Positions 53,112 to 62,447 of a stretch of 64,000 bases of DNA are shown here, piece by piece. Position numbers and translations under genes: made by a program. The notes beneath the pieces are model-generated. The model did no database searches, was not told the DNA's origin, and saw nothing but the letters and a program-made list of their open reading frames with translations. How positions within the stretch are numbered: position 1 is the stretch's first letter; every line of letters begins with the position of its first letter. Source of the DNA: Candidatus Limnocylindria bacterium. GTDB lineage: Bacteria; Chloroflexota; Limnocylindria; P2-11E. Where the stretch lies: the NCBI GenBank assembly GCA_046262615.1, contig JBHEML010000008.1, forward strand, positions 720 through 64,719. Reading direction: 5' to 3'.

Positions 53112-54734
53112 CTAGGAGAGGCCCAGCTCGGCACCGGCCAATCGCGGTGGGAGCGAGCCGACGGCGAGCAGCCGGTCGTGGAACTCGCGCATCCCCCACC
53201 CCGCGTCGCGCGCTTTCCCGCGCAGGTCGAGGATCGCCGCCCGCCCGAGCGCGTAGCTCGAAGCCTGCAATGGGTCGAGCGTGTAGCGGCGCACCTCGGC
53301 GACGGCCGCCGGCCGCTCTAGGCGCGGGCCGTCGATCATGAAGCGCACCGCCTGCTCGAAGTTCATGTCGCCCGTCGCGAGGCCCACGTCGACGACGACG
53401 CGCGCGGCGCGCCAGAGCAGGTCCTTGAGGCGCAGGAGGCGGGTCTCGGGGCTGTCGAGATACCCGAGCTCGGTCATGAGCTCCTCCACGTACAGGCCCC
53501 AGCCCTCGATGAAGAGATTCGAGCGCGCGACCTTCCGCGCGGGCGAGGGGTGATCGGCCGCGATCGACAGCTGCACGTGGTGGCCGGGATATCCCTCGTG
53601 GCATGCGATGACCGGGATGCCCGCGCGCGGGTGGCCCTCCAGGCGCTGCTCCCGCACGCCGGCGGGCTCGCCGGCAGCCGGCAACGTGACCCAGAACCGG
53701 CCGCGCCGGGCCGTCTCGAAGGGAGCGGGCGAGACGTACGCCGCGTAGGGCAGCGTCGGCCGCGCGAATTCAGGCATCTCCTCGACGACCAGCTCCTCGC
53801 CAGCGGAAAGGGTCGCCAGTCCCGCCGTGCGCACCGCCTCGCGCGAGCGCTCCATCTCCGCGCGGTACGTCGCGAGGAGATCATCCTCCGCGGGATGGTC
53901 GCGCCGCTGCACGTCGACCGCCGCGCGCCAGTCGTCATGGCCCTGCGCGCGGGCCGCGTCGGCGAGCAGCGCCTCGGTGTCGCGGTACAGGCGCTCGCCG
54001 AAGGCCCGGAGGGTCGGGGCGTCGTGGTCGACGAGCTCGCGCTCGCGCAACAGGCGGTCGACCGTGTCGCGCCCCACCGCGAAGGTGCCGCGCGCGCGGC
54101 GCATGAGGTCGTCGCGCAGCCACGCCGAGTAACTGTCGAGGGCATCGCCGGCGCGCTTGCCGGCGCCGACGAGGAGGCGCTTCGCCGCGCTCCGCTCGGG
54201 TGCGAGCGACGGCAGCACGGCGCGGACGAACGCCGCGGCGGCGGTAGCGCCCTCGCCCGCGACGACCACCCACACGGGCGGCACGAGGTCGGGATCGAGA
54301 TTGTCCATGCCCGCCGCGAGCGCCGCCGGGGCCGCTTCGAGGCGGGCGGCGATCGACGCCAGCCGATCGTCGAGCGGCGCGTGCTCCCGAATGAGCGGGT
54401 AATACGCGCCGCGGATGACGGCATTCGAATACAGCGATGGCTGCCGGCGCCAGCGCGCGAAGCCTGCGAGGGCGCTCTCCCCCCGCAGATCCGCCAGGAG
54501 CAGCGCCCGGTCCGTGCGCTCGGTCGGGGACAGCGTGCCTTCGTCATGCGCGGCGAAGCGTTCGAGCCACGTCTCAACGTACGCGCGGCGCACTGCGAAG
54601 CCGTCGGCAGTGAGGTCGCCCAGGCGCTCGTCGTGATCGTGGATGCCCGCGATGGTCGCGGCGACCGGGTCGAGCGCGAAGCGGCCGTCGATATACGCGT
54701 CGACGAGGTCGGAGAAAGGGCGGTCCCGTACCAT
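53112..54734 (-). CDS. DUF885 family protein
   Basis: Track ORF. HEGYPGHHVQLS, with overall DUF885-like layout. Confidence 0.75.
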   Translation of the reverse strand: MVRDRPFSDLVDAYIDGRFALDPVAATIAGIHDHDERLGDLTADGFAVRRAYVETWLERFAAHDEGTLSPTERTDRALLLADLRGESALAGFARWRRQPSLYSNAVIRGAYYPLIREHAPLDDRLASIAARLEAAPAALAAGMDNLDPDLVPPVWVVVAGEGATAAAAFVRAVLPSLAPERSAAKRLLVGAGKRAGDALDSYSAWLRDDLMRRARGTFAVGRDTVDRLLRERELVDHDAPTLRAFGERLYRDTEALLADAARAQGHDDWRAAVDVQRRDHPAEDDLLATYRAEMERSREAVRTAGLATLSAGEELVVEEMPEFARPTLPYAAYVSPAPFETARRGRFWVTLPAAGEPAGVREQRLEGHPRAGIPVIACHEGYPGHHVQLSIAADHPSPARKVARSNLFIEGWGLYVEELMTELGYLDSPETRLLRLKDLLWRAARVVVDVGLATGDMNFEQAVRFMIDGPRLERPAAVAEVRRYTLDPLQASSYALGRAAILDLRGKARDAGWGMREFHDRLLAVGSLPPRLAGAELGLS

Positions 54735-54771
54735 CGCGGCGGACAGTCTGTCACGGGAAGGGAAGTGCGCT

Positions 54772-55146
54772 GTGGCCGCGGTCCGCGAGCGTTACCCCGA
54801 TTGCACGAACTGCGAGGCGCCCTGCTGCAGGCATCAGTTCATGGAGGACGAGAGCGGCTGGTACCGCGTCGCCGACGCGCGACCCATCTATCTCGAGGCC
54901 GGGACGGACATCAAAGTGGTCGGGTGGGCGCTCCAGCCCGACGGCCGGCAGCCGATGTTCGAGTGCCAGGCGTACGACGTCGAGGGGCACCGCTGCACGG
55001 TGTACGAGCGGCGCCCCGAGCACTGCCGGGCGTACGACTGCCGCGAGGACGACCCCGACGAATGGAGCGCCCGCGCGCACTGCGATCTCGAGCGCCATAG
55101 CGCGATGGAAGCGCGGCGCACGCGAAAGCGTCCCGTCCCCAGGTAG
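54772..55146 (+). CDS. YkgJ-family (CxxCxxCC-type) cysteine-cluster protein
   Basis: Track ORF 54643..55146 trimmed to GTG 54772, preceded by GGGAAGGGAAG. Motifs: DCTNCEAPCC, VYERRPEHCRAYDC. Confidence 0.65.
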   Translation: MAAVRERYPDCTNCEAPCCRHQFMEDESGWYRVADARPIYLEAGTDIKVVGWALQPDGRQPMFECQAYDVEGHRCTVYERRPEHCRAYDCREDDPDEWSARAHCDLERHSAMEARRTRKRPVPR

Positions 55147-55313
55147 CCGCCAGCGCGGACCCAACGGCGGCCCAGGTCGTCTCGTACGAGCTGGTCAGGC
55201 GGTGAAGCGAGCACGTCGCGGCGTTGCGCGCTCGCTGGTCGCGGGAGCGGATGACGGCGTGAGGGCGAGCCGACGAGCGCCTCCATGACGTCGACCTCGA
55301 GCCCTTCGCGCGA

Positions 55314-55901
55314 TCACGTGATGACGGCGCGCCTCGCCGCGGCCAGCTCTCCAGGCGTGTTCAGGTTGGTGAACGAGCGCAGCTCGGGGTCGACCACGCG
55401 CAGCTCGTCCTCCGTGACCTCGCGCACGCGGACCTCCGCGAAGAAGGAGATCACGCGCATCCGCCCGGATGCGAGTGCCGACTCCATTGCTGCGAGGCAT
55501 GATCGCGCGTACACGGCATGCAGCGTCTCGAACTCGCCGGACACTCGCGGCACGACGGCGTCGTGTCCTGGCGCGAGCGCGAGGAGGAGCCGCCACGCGG
55601 CGGCGGACTGGAAGGGCATGTCACACGCAGCGACCAGGATGGGATCGCCCGCGGCGGCGGACACGGCGGTCGCGATGCCGCCGAGCGGGCCGCCCTCGGG
55701 ATAACGATCGGCGACGACGCGCAGGCCGAGTGTTTCGTAGCGCGGATCGTTCGCGACGATGAAGACCTCATCCGCGACCGCGGCGAGCGCCGCGATGGCC
55801 CGCCGCACGATCGGCACCCCGTCGCCAAGGTCGAGCCACGCCTTGTCGCTCCCCATGCGGCGGCTCCGGCCGCCGGCCATGACCGCGGCCGAGACGGTCA
55901 G
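55314..55901 (-). CDS. mobA: molybdenum cofactor guanylyltransferase; the start is either CTG 55901 (CTGA overlap with the mobB stop) or ATG 55880
   Basis: Track ORF 55314..55964. Motifs: (L)[28 protein letters not shown]. Confidence 0.8.
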   Translation of the reverse strand: MTVSAAVMAGGRSRRMGSDKAWLDLGDGVPIVRRAIAALAAVADEVFIVANDPRYETLGLRVVADRYPEGGPLGGIATAVSAAAGDPILVAACDMPFQSAAAWRLLLALAPGHDAVVPRVSGEFETLHAVYARSCLAAMESALASGRMRVISFFAEVRVREVTEDELRVVDPELRSFTNLNTPGELAAARRAVIT

Positions 55902-56398
55902 GGGGAAACGATCCGGGTCACGACGAAGTCGGCGACGGCCGGCGCATCCTCGGGGGCGAAGCAACGCGCCACACCCGCCGGGACGAAGTCGGCTACGACC
56001 GCGAGGAGCCTGGGGTCACCGCCGCACACGAGCTCGGTGGACAGCGCCGCGCGCGCGACCTCGATCTTCGGCAGCGGCTCGCGCTTGAAACCCTCGACCA
56101 CCAGGAGGTCGAGGTCCGTCCCGGCGTAACGCTCGAGAACGCCGGCGAGGCCCAGCTCGACTTCGTGCTCGTCGATCACCGCCGTCCGTCCGCCACCGGT
56201 GACGATCGTCTGGACCGCGCCGGCGCGGCGGGCGCGATAGCTGTCCTTGCCCGGCTGATCGATGTCGAATCCCGCGTGTGCGTGCTTCAAATATCCGACA
56301 CGCAGGCTGCGACTGCGGAGCAGGGGCAGCAGCGCGAGCAGGAACGTCGTCTTTCCGCTGTCGTGGCGACCGACGAACGCGATCGCCGGGACGGTCAG
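55898..56398 (-). CDS. mobB: molybdopterin-guanine dinucleotide biosynthesis adapter protein; P-loop lies upstream of the track ORF, probable CTG start
   Basis: The track ORF starts at TTG 56290, but hand translation upstream stays in frame. It reads [47 protein letters not shown], which includes the Walker A motif. The only start-like codon is CTG 56398, overlapping the tatA TGA. Confidence 0.8.
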   Translation of the reverse strand: MTVPAIAFVGRHDSGKTTFLLALLPLLRSRSLRVGYLKHAHAGFDIDQPGKDSYRARRAGAVQTIVTGGGRTAVIDEHEVELGLAGVLERYAGTDLDLLVVEGFKREPLPKIEVARAALSTELVCGGDPRLLAVVADFVPAGVARCFAPEDAPAVADFVVTRIVSP

Positions 56399-56682
56399 GC
56401 TGCGGCGGCCGGCGTCCCGCAGTTCCCGCAGAACTTCGCGTCGCTCGCCATAGACCGGCCGCAGCTTGTGCAGTGCCGGGTCGCGTCGGGCGCCGCCGTC
56501 AATGCGCCGACGGGTCTCGAGTCGGCGGTGGACGGAGTCGCCGCAGCGGTTGACTCGTCGCGGAACGTTCGCACACCCTTACCTAGTTGGCCGAAGACCT
56601 CGGGCAGCTTCCCCGCACCGAAAACGATCAGAACGATCACGAGCACAAAGACGAGCTCGCCACCGCCGATGCCGAAGGGCAT
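56395..56682 (-). CDS. tatA: TatA/E-family twin-arginine translocase subunit fused to a C-terminal zinc ribbon
   Basis: Track ORF. N-terminus [43 protein letters not shown] is canonical TatA. C-terminus: [19 protein letters not shown]. Confidence 0.75.
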   Translation of the reverse strand: MPFGIGGGELVFVLVIVLIVFGAGKLPEVFGQLGKGVRTFRDESTAAATPSTADSRPVGALTAAPDATRHCTSCGRSMASDAKFCGNCGTPAAAA

Positions 56683-56762
56683 GGATCACTTCCTTGCGGC
56701 GCGCAGCGCGCGCCAGTTGTCGTGCTCACCAGTGTATCGACCCCGGTAGCCCGCGGGCCGGG

Positions 56763-57569
56763 TCATACGAACAGCCCGTCGAGCAGCCCGAGGACGAGCG
56801 GCACGACCACCAGCAGCACCAGCGCCGGCAGGTAGCACAGCACCAGGACCAGCATCAGCCGCCCCTCGACGCGGGAGGCCGCCTCGAGCGCCCGGTCGCG
56901 TTCCGCGGCGCGCAGTGCATCGCGCGCCTGCACGAGCGCGACGAGCGAACCGCGTCCCAGGTCGCGCGAGCTGTCGAGGTCGCGGGCGAGGGCCGCGAGG
57001 GTGACCAGGCCGGCATCGTCCGCCCGGACCGCGAGCGACCGGAACAGCGGCGCGCCGAGCGCGTAGTCGGTCGCCGCGGCCGCCACCGCCGAATCGAGCA
57101 GGGCCACCCCGGTGCGCCGGGCCGCCAGCGTCGCGAGCGCGGTCGCTGGATGTCGTCCGGCGGCGACCAGCGCCTCGAGGCGCTCCACGAGCGATCCGAC
57201 CGCTGCCTCGGCGATGGCACGGCGGGAGGCCGCGCGGCGCTCGACGAGTAGGGATGGCGTGATGAACCCCACGTAGGCCGCGAGCGTCGGTACGAGCGGT
57301 CCGAGTCCAAGGGCGACGGAGGCGCCGCCCCCAAGCAGTACCCCGGTCGCGGACCCGACTGCCTTGGCTCCCAGGAGCGTCTGAGCGGACCACTGCAGGC
57401 CCGAGTGCTCGAGGTCCCGCGCCGCGACCGGCCGCCAGCGCCCGAGGGGCGTCCGGCGAAATCCGCGGGGAAAGAGCGCGAGGCGCCGCGCGACCGGCGT
57501 CCTGCCTCGTAGCGCGAACGCCAGCGCGACCACAGCGAGAGCGGCGAGCGCGGAGCCCAGGACCGTCAC
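56763..57569 (-). CDS. tadC: TadC-like (T2SS F-domain) pilus platform protein
   Basis: C-terminal 268 aa of track ORF 56763..58448. GTG 57569 overlaps the tadB stop (GTGA). It has N- and C-terminal TM helices around a cytoplasmic T2SSF-like domain. Confidence 0.7.
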   Translation of the reverse strand: MTVLGSALAALAVVALAFALRGRTPVARRLALFPRGFRRTPLGRWRPVAARDLEHSGLQWSAQTLLGAKAVGSATGVLLGGGASVALGLGPLVPTLAAYVGFITPSLLVERRAASRRAIAEAAVGSLVERLEALVAAGRHPATALATLAARRTGVALLDSAVAAAATDYALGAPLFRSLAVRADDAGLVTLAALARDLDSSRDLGRGSLVALVQARDALRAAERDRALEAASRVEGRLMLVLVLCYLPALVLLVVVPLVLGLLDGLFV

Positions 57570-58411
57570 CGCAGGACGTCCCGCACGAACCGGCGACTCA
57601 GGACGATCCCGGCGACCTCGAGCACGAACGCCGCCGGCACGAGGACGGTGCGGCCGAGAGGACCCGCGAGCGTGGAACCGAGCGTCGGCGTCGTGAGCGC
57701 GAGGTACACGGCCATGGCCGGGACGACGGCGGCCAGCACGCGCACCTGGCTCCGGGCTCCTCCAGCCCGCGCGCGGACTTCGGCCTCGAGCGCGCCCTCG
57801 AAGGCGAGCCGGTCGGAAAGGGATCCGACCAGCGCCGCGACGCGCTCGCTCGGCAGACGTTCGGCGACGGCCAGCGCGAAGGTATCGAGCGCCATCGAGA
57901 CGCGCCGGTCGCCGACCACTGCGGCGGCTTCGCAGAGCGCAGCGTCGAGTGGAGCTCCGAGCCTGAATGCGTCGAGGGCGGCGTCGAACGGGGCGCGCGC
58001 GATCCTGTCGGCGCACGCGCCGGTGGCGCGTCGCAGGGCGGTGGGCAGGGCCAGGCCCGACCGCACGCCGGCCAGCGTCGCCTGCACGAGGCGCGTGGTG
58101 GCCCGCGCCGCCCGGTCGCGCGCCGAGTCCGCGCGCCAACGCGCCGCCACGCTGGGTGCGCCGAGAGCGATGAGCGCGACCGGGGCGCTGGGCTGCCCGG
58201 CGAGCGAGGCCGCGACGGCGGCTGCGACGGCGATCGCGCACCGCAGCAGCTCCCACGCGCCGAGCGGCCAGCGCCAGCCCGCCTCGCGGAGGACGTGCCG
58301 CTCGGGGTGCGCTGGCGTTCGCGAGCCGAGCCCGCCAGCGGCGAGGGGCATCAGCGCGAGACAGAGCGCGGACAACCCGGCGGCCGTCGCGCCCAGCTCG
58401 GAGGAGGTCAC
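57566..58411 (-). CDS. tadB: TadB-like (T2SS F-domain) pilus platform protein
   Basis: Track ORF. GTG 58411 overlaps the tadA stop (GTGA). Topology is TM - helical domain - TM. Confidence 0.7.
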   Translation of the reverse strand: MTSSELGATAAGLSALCLALMPLAAGGLGSRTPAHPERHVLREAGWRWPLGAWELLRCAIAVAAAVAASLAGQPSAPVALIALGAPSVAARWRADSARDRAARATTRLVQATLAGVRSGLALPTALRRATGACADRIARAPFDAALDAFRLGAPLDAALCEAAAVVGDRRVSMALDTFALAVAERLPSERVAALVGSLSDRLAFEGALEAEVRARAGGARSQVRVLAAVVPAMAVYLALTTPTLGSTLAGPLGRTVLVPAAFVLEVAGIVLSRRFVRDVLR

Positions 58412-59574
58412 CGCGCGCGCGCTCCCAGCCGGCCTCGCGAGGGCGCAACGTCCGGGCTGCCCTGGTGCCAGAGCACGTGGGGGTCGGCGTCGTCTACCTC
58501 GACGATCTCGCGCACGCGGCGCTCGCCCTCGGGTCCCCGCGCGACGTGGACCACGACGTCGATCGCGTTCGCCACGTGTCGCCTGATCGCCTCACTTCCG
58601 AGCTCGCCGGCGCGGGCGAGGAGGAGCTCGAGTCGCACCAACGCATCGCAGGCGGAGCCCGCGTGAAGCGTCGTGAGGGAGCCGTCGTGACCGGTGCTGA
58701 GCGCCTCGAGGAGCGCGGACGCCTCACTCGGCGTGCGCACCTCGCCGACGATGATGCGGTCCGGCCGCATGCGAAGCGCGTTGGCGACGAGGTCCGCGAC
58801 GCGGACACCGGCGCCATCGCGTCCGGGTACGCACTCGAGATGCACGGCGTGGGGATGCGGGAGGACCAGCTCCGTGGTGTCCTCGATGACGATGAGCCGC
58901 TCATCCGACGGGATGCCGGCCGCGAGCGAGCGCAGCAGCGTGCTCTTCCCGGCGGCCGTCGCGCCGCTGATGACGACGTTCGCGCGCTGCGACACCGCGG
59001 TACGAAGGAGGAGCGCGGCCGCTGCCGGGAGGCCAGCGCTTGTCCACGATGGCCGCGGCCCTTCGAGCGGGATCGACGCGCGGCTGAACTTGCGTATGCA
59101 GAGCGTGGGCCCGCCGACCGGCTCGATCACCGCGTTCGCGCGGCTACCGTCGCGCATCCGTGCGTCGACGAAGGGCTGCTCGACGGTGAGCTCGCGGCCG
59201 ACGCTCGCTGCGATGCGGTATACGAGGTCCGCCAGGTGCGCTGCGTCGCGGAAGGTCACGCCGGCGGGCTGGAGGCGCCCGTCGCGTTCGACGAACAGTT
59301 CGCTCGCGCGGTTCACGAGCACGTCCGTGACGGATGGGTCGTCGAGCAGAGGCTGGAGCGGCCCGAATCCGAAGAGCTCCGCGCAGAGGGCTTCCGCGTC
59401 GTCGACGTCCAACGGACGACCCGCGGCCGCACGTACGCGCTCCCGCAGCAGGCCGCGGCGGTCGCGGTCCGCGTACAGCGCAAGCAACGCGGCGGGCCCG
59501 AAGCTCGCGGCGACGTCGTTGCGCACGCGCGCGATGAGCTCCGGGTCCTCGATCGCCGCGCGAGACGCCGTCAT
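58408..59574 (-). CDS. tadA: TadA/CpaF-type pilus assembly ATPase
   Basis: Track ORF 58408..59682 trimmed to ATG 59574 (ATGA overlap). Motifs: VISGATAAGKSTLL, LIVIEDTTEL, DRIIVGEVR, STGHDGSLTTLHA. Confidence 0.9.
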   Translation of the reverse strand: MTASRAAIEDPELIARVRNDVAASFGPAALLALYADRDRRGLLRERVRAAAGRPLDVDDAEALCAELFGFGPLQPLLDDPSVTDVLVNRASELFVERDGRLQPAGVTFRDAAHLADLVYRIAASVGRELTVEQPFVDARMRDGSRANAVIEPVGGPTLCIRKFSRASIPLEGPRPSWTSAGLPAAAALLLRTAVSQRANVVISGATAAGKSTLLRSLAAGIPSDERLIVIEDTTELVLPHPHAVHLECVPGRDGAGVRVADLVANALRMRPDRIIVGEVRTPSEASALLEALSTGHDGSLTTLHAGSACDALVRLELLLARAGELGSEAIRRHVANAIDVVVHVARGPEGERRVREIVEVDDADPHVLWHQGSPDVAPSRGRLGARAR

Positions 59575-60350
59575 CGCAACCCGCGGATCAGCGCGTCGAT
59601 CGCGCGCATCGTGGGGGCGCGTGCCGCGAAGCGGTCGTCCGCCAGGTAGGGGTCGTGCGGGATCGCGGCGATACGACGCCACGGCAGGCGGCTCGCGATC
59701 GCGTCGGCGTCCTCGGCGGGCGCGCCGACCACCACGAGCGCCACGGGGCAGGGCACCTCAAGAAGCAGCGGCACTGCCGCGAACGCCGCTTCGAGCTGCG
59801 CGACACGCGGACCGGCTACGACGCACAGGCGAGTGAGCGAAGCGAGGATCGCGTGCTCCAGGGCATCCGCTCCGGCACCGAGGTCGAGCACGGCGGCGCG
59901 CTCGCCCGCGGAGCGCGTCACGAGCTCGACGACGCGCTCGCCGGCGAACGACCGGTGCAGCTCGGCGGATCCGGGCAGGAACGGGACCTCGGCCCACCGC
60001 GACAGCAGCTCGGCCTCGCGTCCTGGGCGCAGCAGCGCGTCGCATACATTCGCGCCTTCGATTCGCGCGCGCAGCGCGAGGGACGGCGCCCAGCGGTCCA
60101 GATCGACGAGCAGCGGAGCCCCGCGGGCGGCCGCTGACCGCTGCGCGACGAGGGCGGCGGTGGTCGATGCGCCGACGCCCGCGACGAGCGACCAGAACGC
60201 GATGCGCGCACCCGCAGCGAGCGCCGCCGGAGCGGCCGGTACGAGCGCCTCGAGGGGCGCCGGCTGGCCTGTGGCATCCCGCATGAGGGCCAAAGCGAGA
60301 CCGGCGATCGGCGAGGCGTCGAGCCACGCGCGAACATTCGGCGACCTCAC
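59571..60350 (-). CDS. TadZ/CpaE-like ParA/MinD-fold protein with a degenerate Walker A
   Basis: C-terminal 259 aa of track ORF 59571..60818. GTG 60350 (GTGA overlap). Motifs: IAFWSLVAGVGASTTAALVA, PLLVDLD, AVLDLGAG, IPHDP. Confidence 0.55.
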   Translation of the reverse strand: MRSPNVRAWLDASPIAGLALALMRDATGQPAPLEALVPAAPAALAAGARIAFWSLVAGVGASTTAALVAQRSAAARGAPLLVDLDRWAPSLALRARIEGANVCDALLRPGREAELLSRWAEVPFLPGSAELHRSFAGERVVELVTRSAGERAAVLDLGAGADALEHAILASLTRLCVVAGPRVAQLEAAFAAVPLLLEVPCPVALVVVGAPAEDADAIASRLPWRRIAAIPHDPYLADDRFAARAPTMRAIDALIRGLR

Positions 60351-60895
60351 GAGAAGGCCCAGCGGGCTATCTCGCCGTCTGCGGCGAAGACCATCCGCTC
60401 CGGAGGCACGGCGCACCGGTCGAACAGGAGCGGACGCAGAACGCCGCGCACGCGGCGGTCGCGGAAGACGGCGACCGGCGCCCAGGCGCGTCGCTCCCAT
60501 CCGATCATCCGGTCCCGCCCCTTCAGGATCTCGACGCAGCGATCGCGCTCGCGCCGTCGGGCACGGCGGCGGAAACGCCTCTGAAGCAGCCGGCCTGTCG
60601 CCTCTCCGAGATCGAGCGGGCGCACGCGGACCAGGTCGACACCTGAGGGGACGGGAACGTGCGCGAGGCTGAGTCCGATCGCGGCCGTCAGCGCGGGAGG
60701 GGACGGCGGAAGGACGGCGACGGGCGTCGCGCGCACGCCCGCGAAGGCGAGCGAGCGCGCGAGTCTCACATGGCCGTCGGGCGCGACCTCCGCGAACACG
60801 CCGTCCGCCTCGCGCCACAGCAGGAGCGGACCCGCGGAGGCCAGAGCGTGGTCGACCCCGCGCGCCGAGAGCGGCTCGAGCCGGAGCACGGTCAC
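60347..60895 (-). CDS. hypothetical protein inside the Tad operon
   Basis: Track ORF with GC3-biased codons. It has 4-nt overlaps at both ends (GTGA). No family recognised. Contains an Arg-rich central segment RRFRRRARRRERDR. Confidence 0.45.
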   Translation of the reverse strand: MTVLRLEPLSARGVDHALASAGPLLLWREADGVFAEVAPDGHVRLARSLAFAGVRATPVAVLPPSPPALTAAIGLSLAHVPVPSGVDLVRVRPLDLGEATGRLLQRRFRRRARRRERDRCVEILKGRDRMIGWERRAWAPVAVFRDRRVRGVLRPLLFDRCAVPPERMVFAADGEIARWAFS

Positions 60896-61536
60896 GGCGC
60901 GACGAGGGTCACGACGAACGTGCTCGTGGCGATGCGGTCCGCCAGACGGAGCTGCTCCGCTGGCGGGATCGCGACGACGATCGCTCCGAGCCGCTCCGCC
61001 GGCTGCGCGAGTCCGCTCCGTGGGGCGGAAGCATCCGCCAACGCCGCGCCCGACTCGGCGCGAACGTCGAGAACCAGTGCGCTCGCGGCGACGAGCTCGG
61101 CGGCGCGTCCCGCGGGCGCGCGGCCCGGAACGGGGACCGCGATGACGTCGACCGACGCTCCAGGCAACAGCGCGCCGCCGAGCGCCTGCGCGGGCACCAG
61201 CGGTATGGCTACCGCGCGCCAGCCTCGCGGGACCACGAGGCCCGTGCGAAACGTCGCGCCCCGGTCGCCGAGGCTCCCCGCGAGGACGAACTGCCCGCGA
61301 ACGAGCGGCGCGCGCGGCGTGCGACCGATGGCGAGACCGGCGTCGCTGAGCGCCCCAGCGGGCAATGCGTCCGGCGGCAGCTCCCGGAGTGACAAGTCGT
61401 CGGATCCGAGCGGATGGGTCGCGTCGAGGTCGCGCGCCGCGACGAGGACGGCCGCCCGCTGCACGCCCGCGTAATACAGGCCGCCGGCGAGCGCCCCCGC
61501 GACGAGCGCGATGACGAGAAGGATGCGCTGGCTCAC
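60892..61536 (-). CDS. cpaB: CpaB/RcpC-family Flp pilus assembly protein (SAF domain)
   Basis: Track ORF. N-terminal anchor ILLVIALVAGALAGGLYY, followed by VLVAARDL...G..L....L (SAF-like) and the RcpC-like C-terminus. Confidence 0.7.
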   Translation of the reverse strand: MSQRILLVIALVAGALAGGLYYAGVQRAAVLVAARDLDATHPLGSDDLSLRELPPDALPAGALSDAGLAIGRTPRAPLVRGQFVLAGSLGDRGATFRTGLVVPRGWRAVAIPLVPAQALGGALLPGASVDVIAVPVPGRAPAGRAAELVAASALVLDVRAESGAALADASAPRSGLAQPAERLGAIVVAIPPAEQLRLADRIATSTFVVTLVAP

Positions 61537-62447
61537 GGTGCGAGCGCCGGCGACCGGACGTCGACGTCGAGGATCACGAGCGCGGGAGGAGCGCCCGGGT
61601 CGTCAGCGGCGGTGACAGCGACCACGAGCCTCCACGCGCCGCCGGGCGGCGGAAGGCGGTCCCACCGGACGGTGAGCGGCTCCGCCGCGGCGCCGGCGGT
61701 CGCATCGAGCGTCGCGCCGTCGCCGGAGACGACACGCCAGCCGGCGATGCTCGCGGCGGTGTGCCGGGACGTGGCGCCGAACCACAGATCGACGGGGCGA
61801 CCGCGGACGACCTCGATGCGGCGGAGCGGCGCGCCCCCGGACGTGAGCGACACGGAGGCGCCGATCGTCCCCTGGACCGCAGCTTCCGGCGGCCTCCGCC
61901 AGGACCCCGCCCGCCCGCCATCGCTGCTCGAGGTTCCGGCCGAGCGCGCCACCGCTGCCGCGAGCTCCGAGTCGTCCTGGAAGAAGACGATGTTCACGGG
62001 GACGAGTCCCGCGTCGGTCAGCACCAGCGTCTCGTAGTAGGTTCCGGCGACGGCTCGGCCGTCGGAGAGGGTCGCGCGCCCGTTGAAAGCCATTCCGTCG
62101 TACGCGCTCGGCACGCCCGTCCCCACCGTGTCGATGGCGAGCGCGTAGGTACCCGGCGCGAAGTCCGCCGTCACCGTCCGGTACCTCGTAAGCGCGCCAT
62201 CGCGCAGGACCTCATCGCCGGCGTAGGTCTGAGTGACCCGATAAACGCCGGGCGGAAGCTCCCCCACGCTCGCCGGGACCGCGGGGGTGCCGGCCACGCC
62301 CGCCGGATCACCGATGTCGGCGGGGGGTGGATCCCCGGGCGGGAGCGACCACGCGCCGTCGTCCGGGGAGGCGGCCCGCGCGGTCATGGGCGAAGCAGCG
62401 ACCGCGAGCGAAACGAGCCAGGCCAGGAGGCCGAGCGGGCGTCTCAC
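61533..62447 (-). CDS. secreted protein of unknown family inside the Tad operon
   Basis: C-terminal 304 aa of track ORF 61533..63218. GTG 62447 (GTGA overlap). Signal peptide RRPLGLLAWLVSLAVAASPMTARA-AS. No TadE-type N-terminus. Confidence 0.5.
   Translation of the reverse strand: MRRPLGLLAWLVSLAVAASPMTARAASPDDGAWSLPPGDPPPADIGDPAGVAGTPAVPASVGELPPGVYRVTQTYAGDEVLRDGALTRYRTVTADFAPGTYALAIDTVGTGVPSAYDGMAFNGRATLSDGRAVAGTYYETLVLTDAGLVPVNIVFFQDDSELAAAVARSAGTSSSDGGRAGSWRRPPEAAVQGTIGASVSLTSGGAPLRRIEVVRGRPVDLWFGATSRHTAASIAGWRVVSGDGATLDATAGAAAEPLTVRWDRLPPPGGAWRLVVAVTAADDPGAPPALVILDVDVRSPALAP

Noticed and set aside
56698-56716. CTGGCGCGCGCTGCGCGCC upstream of tatA, as a sigma-54 -24/-12 element.
   Set aside because: The spacing fits, but the -12 half is GCGC. 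The implied TSS would leave too short a leader to include the SD. The sequence is better explained as a GGCGCGC-GCT-GCGCGCC hairpin.
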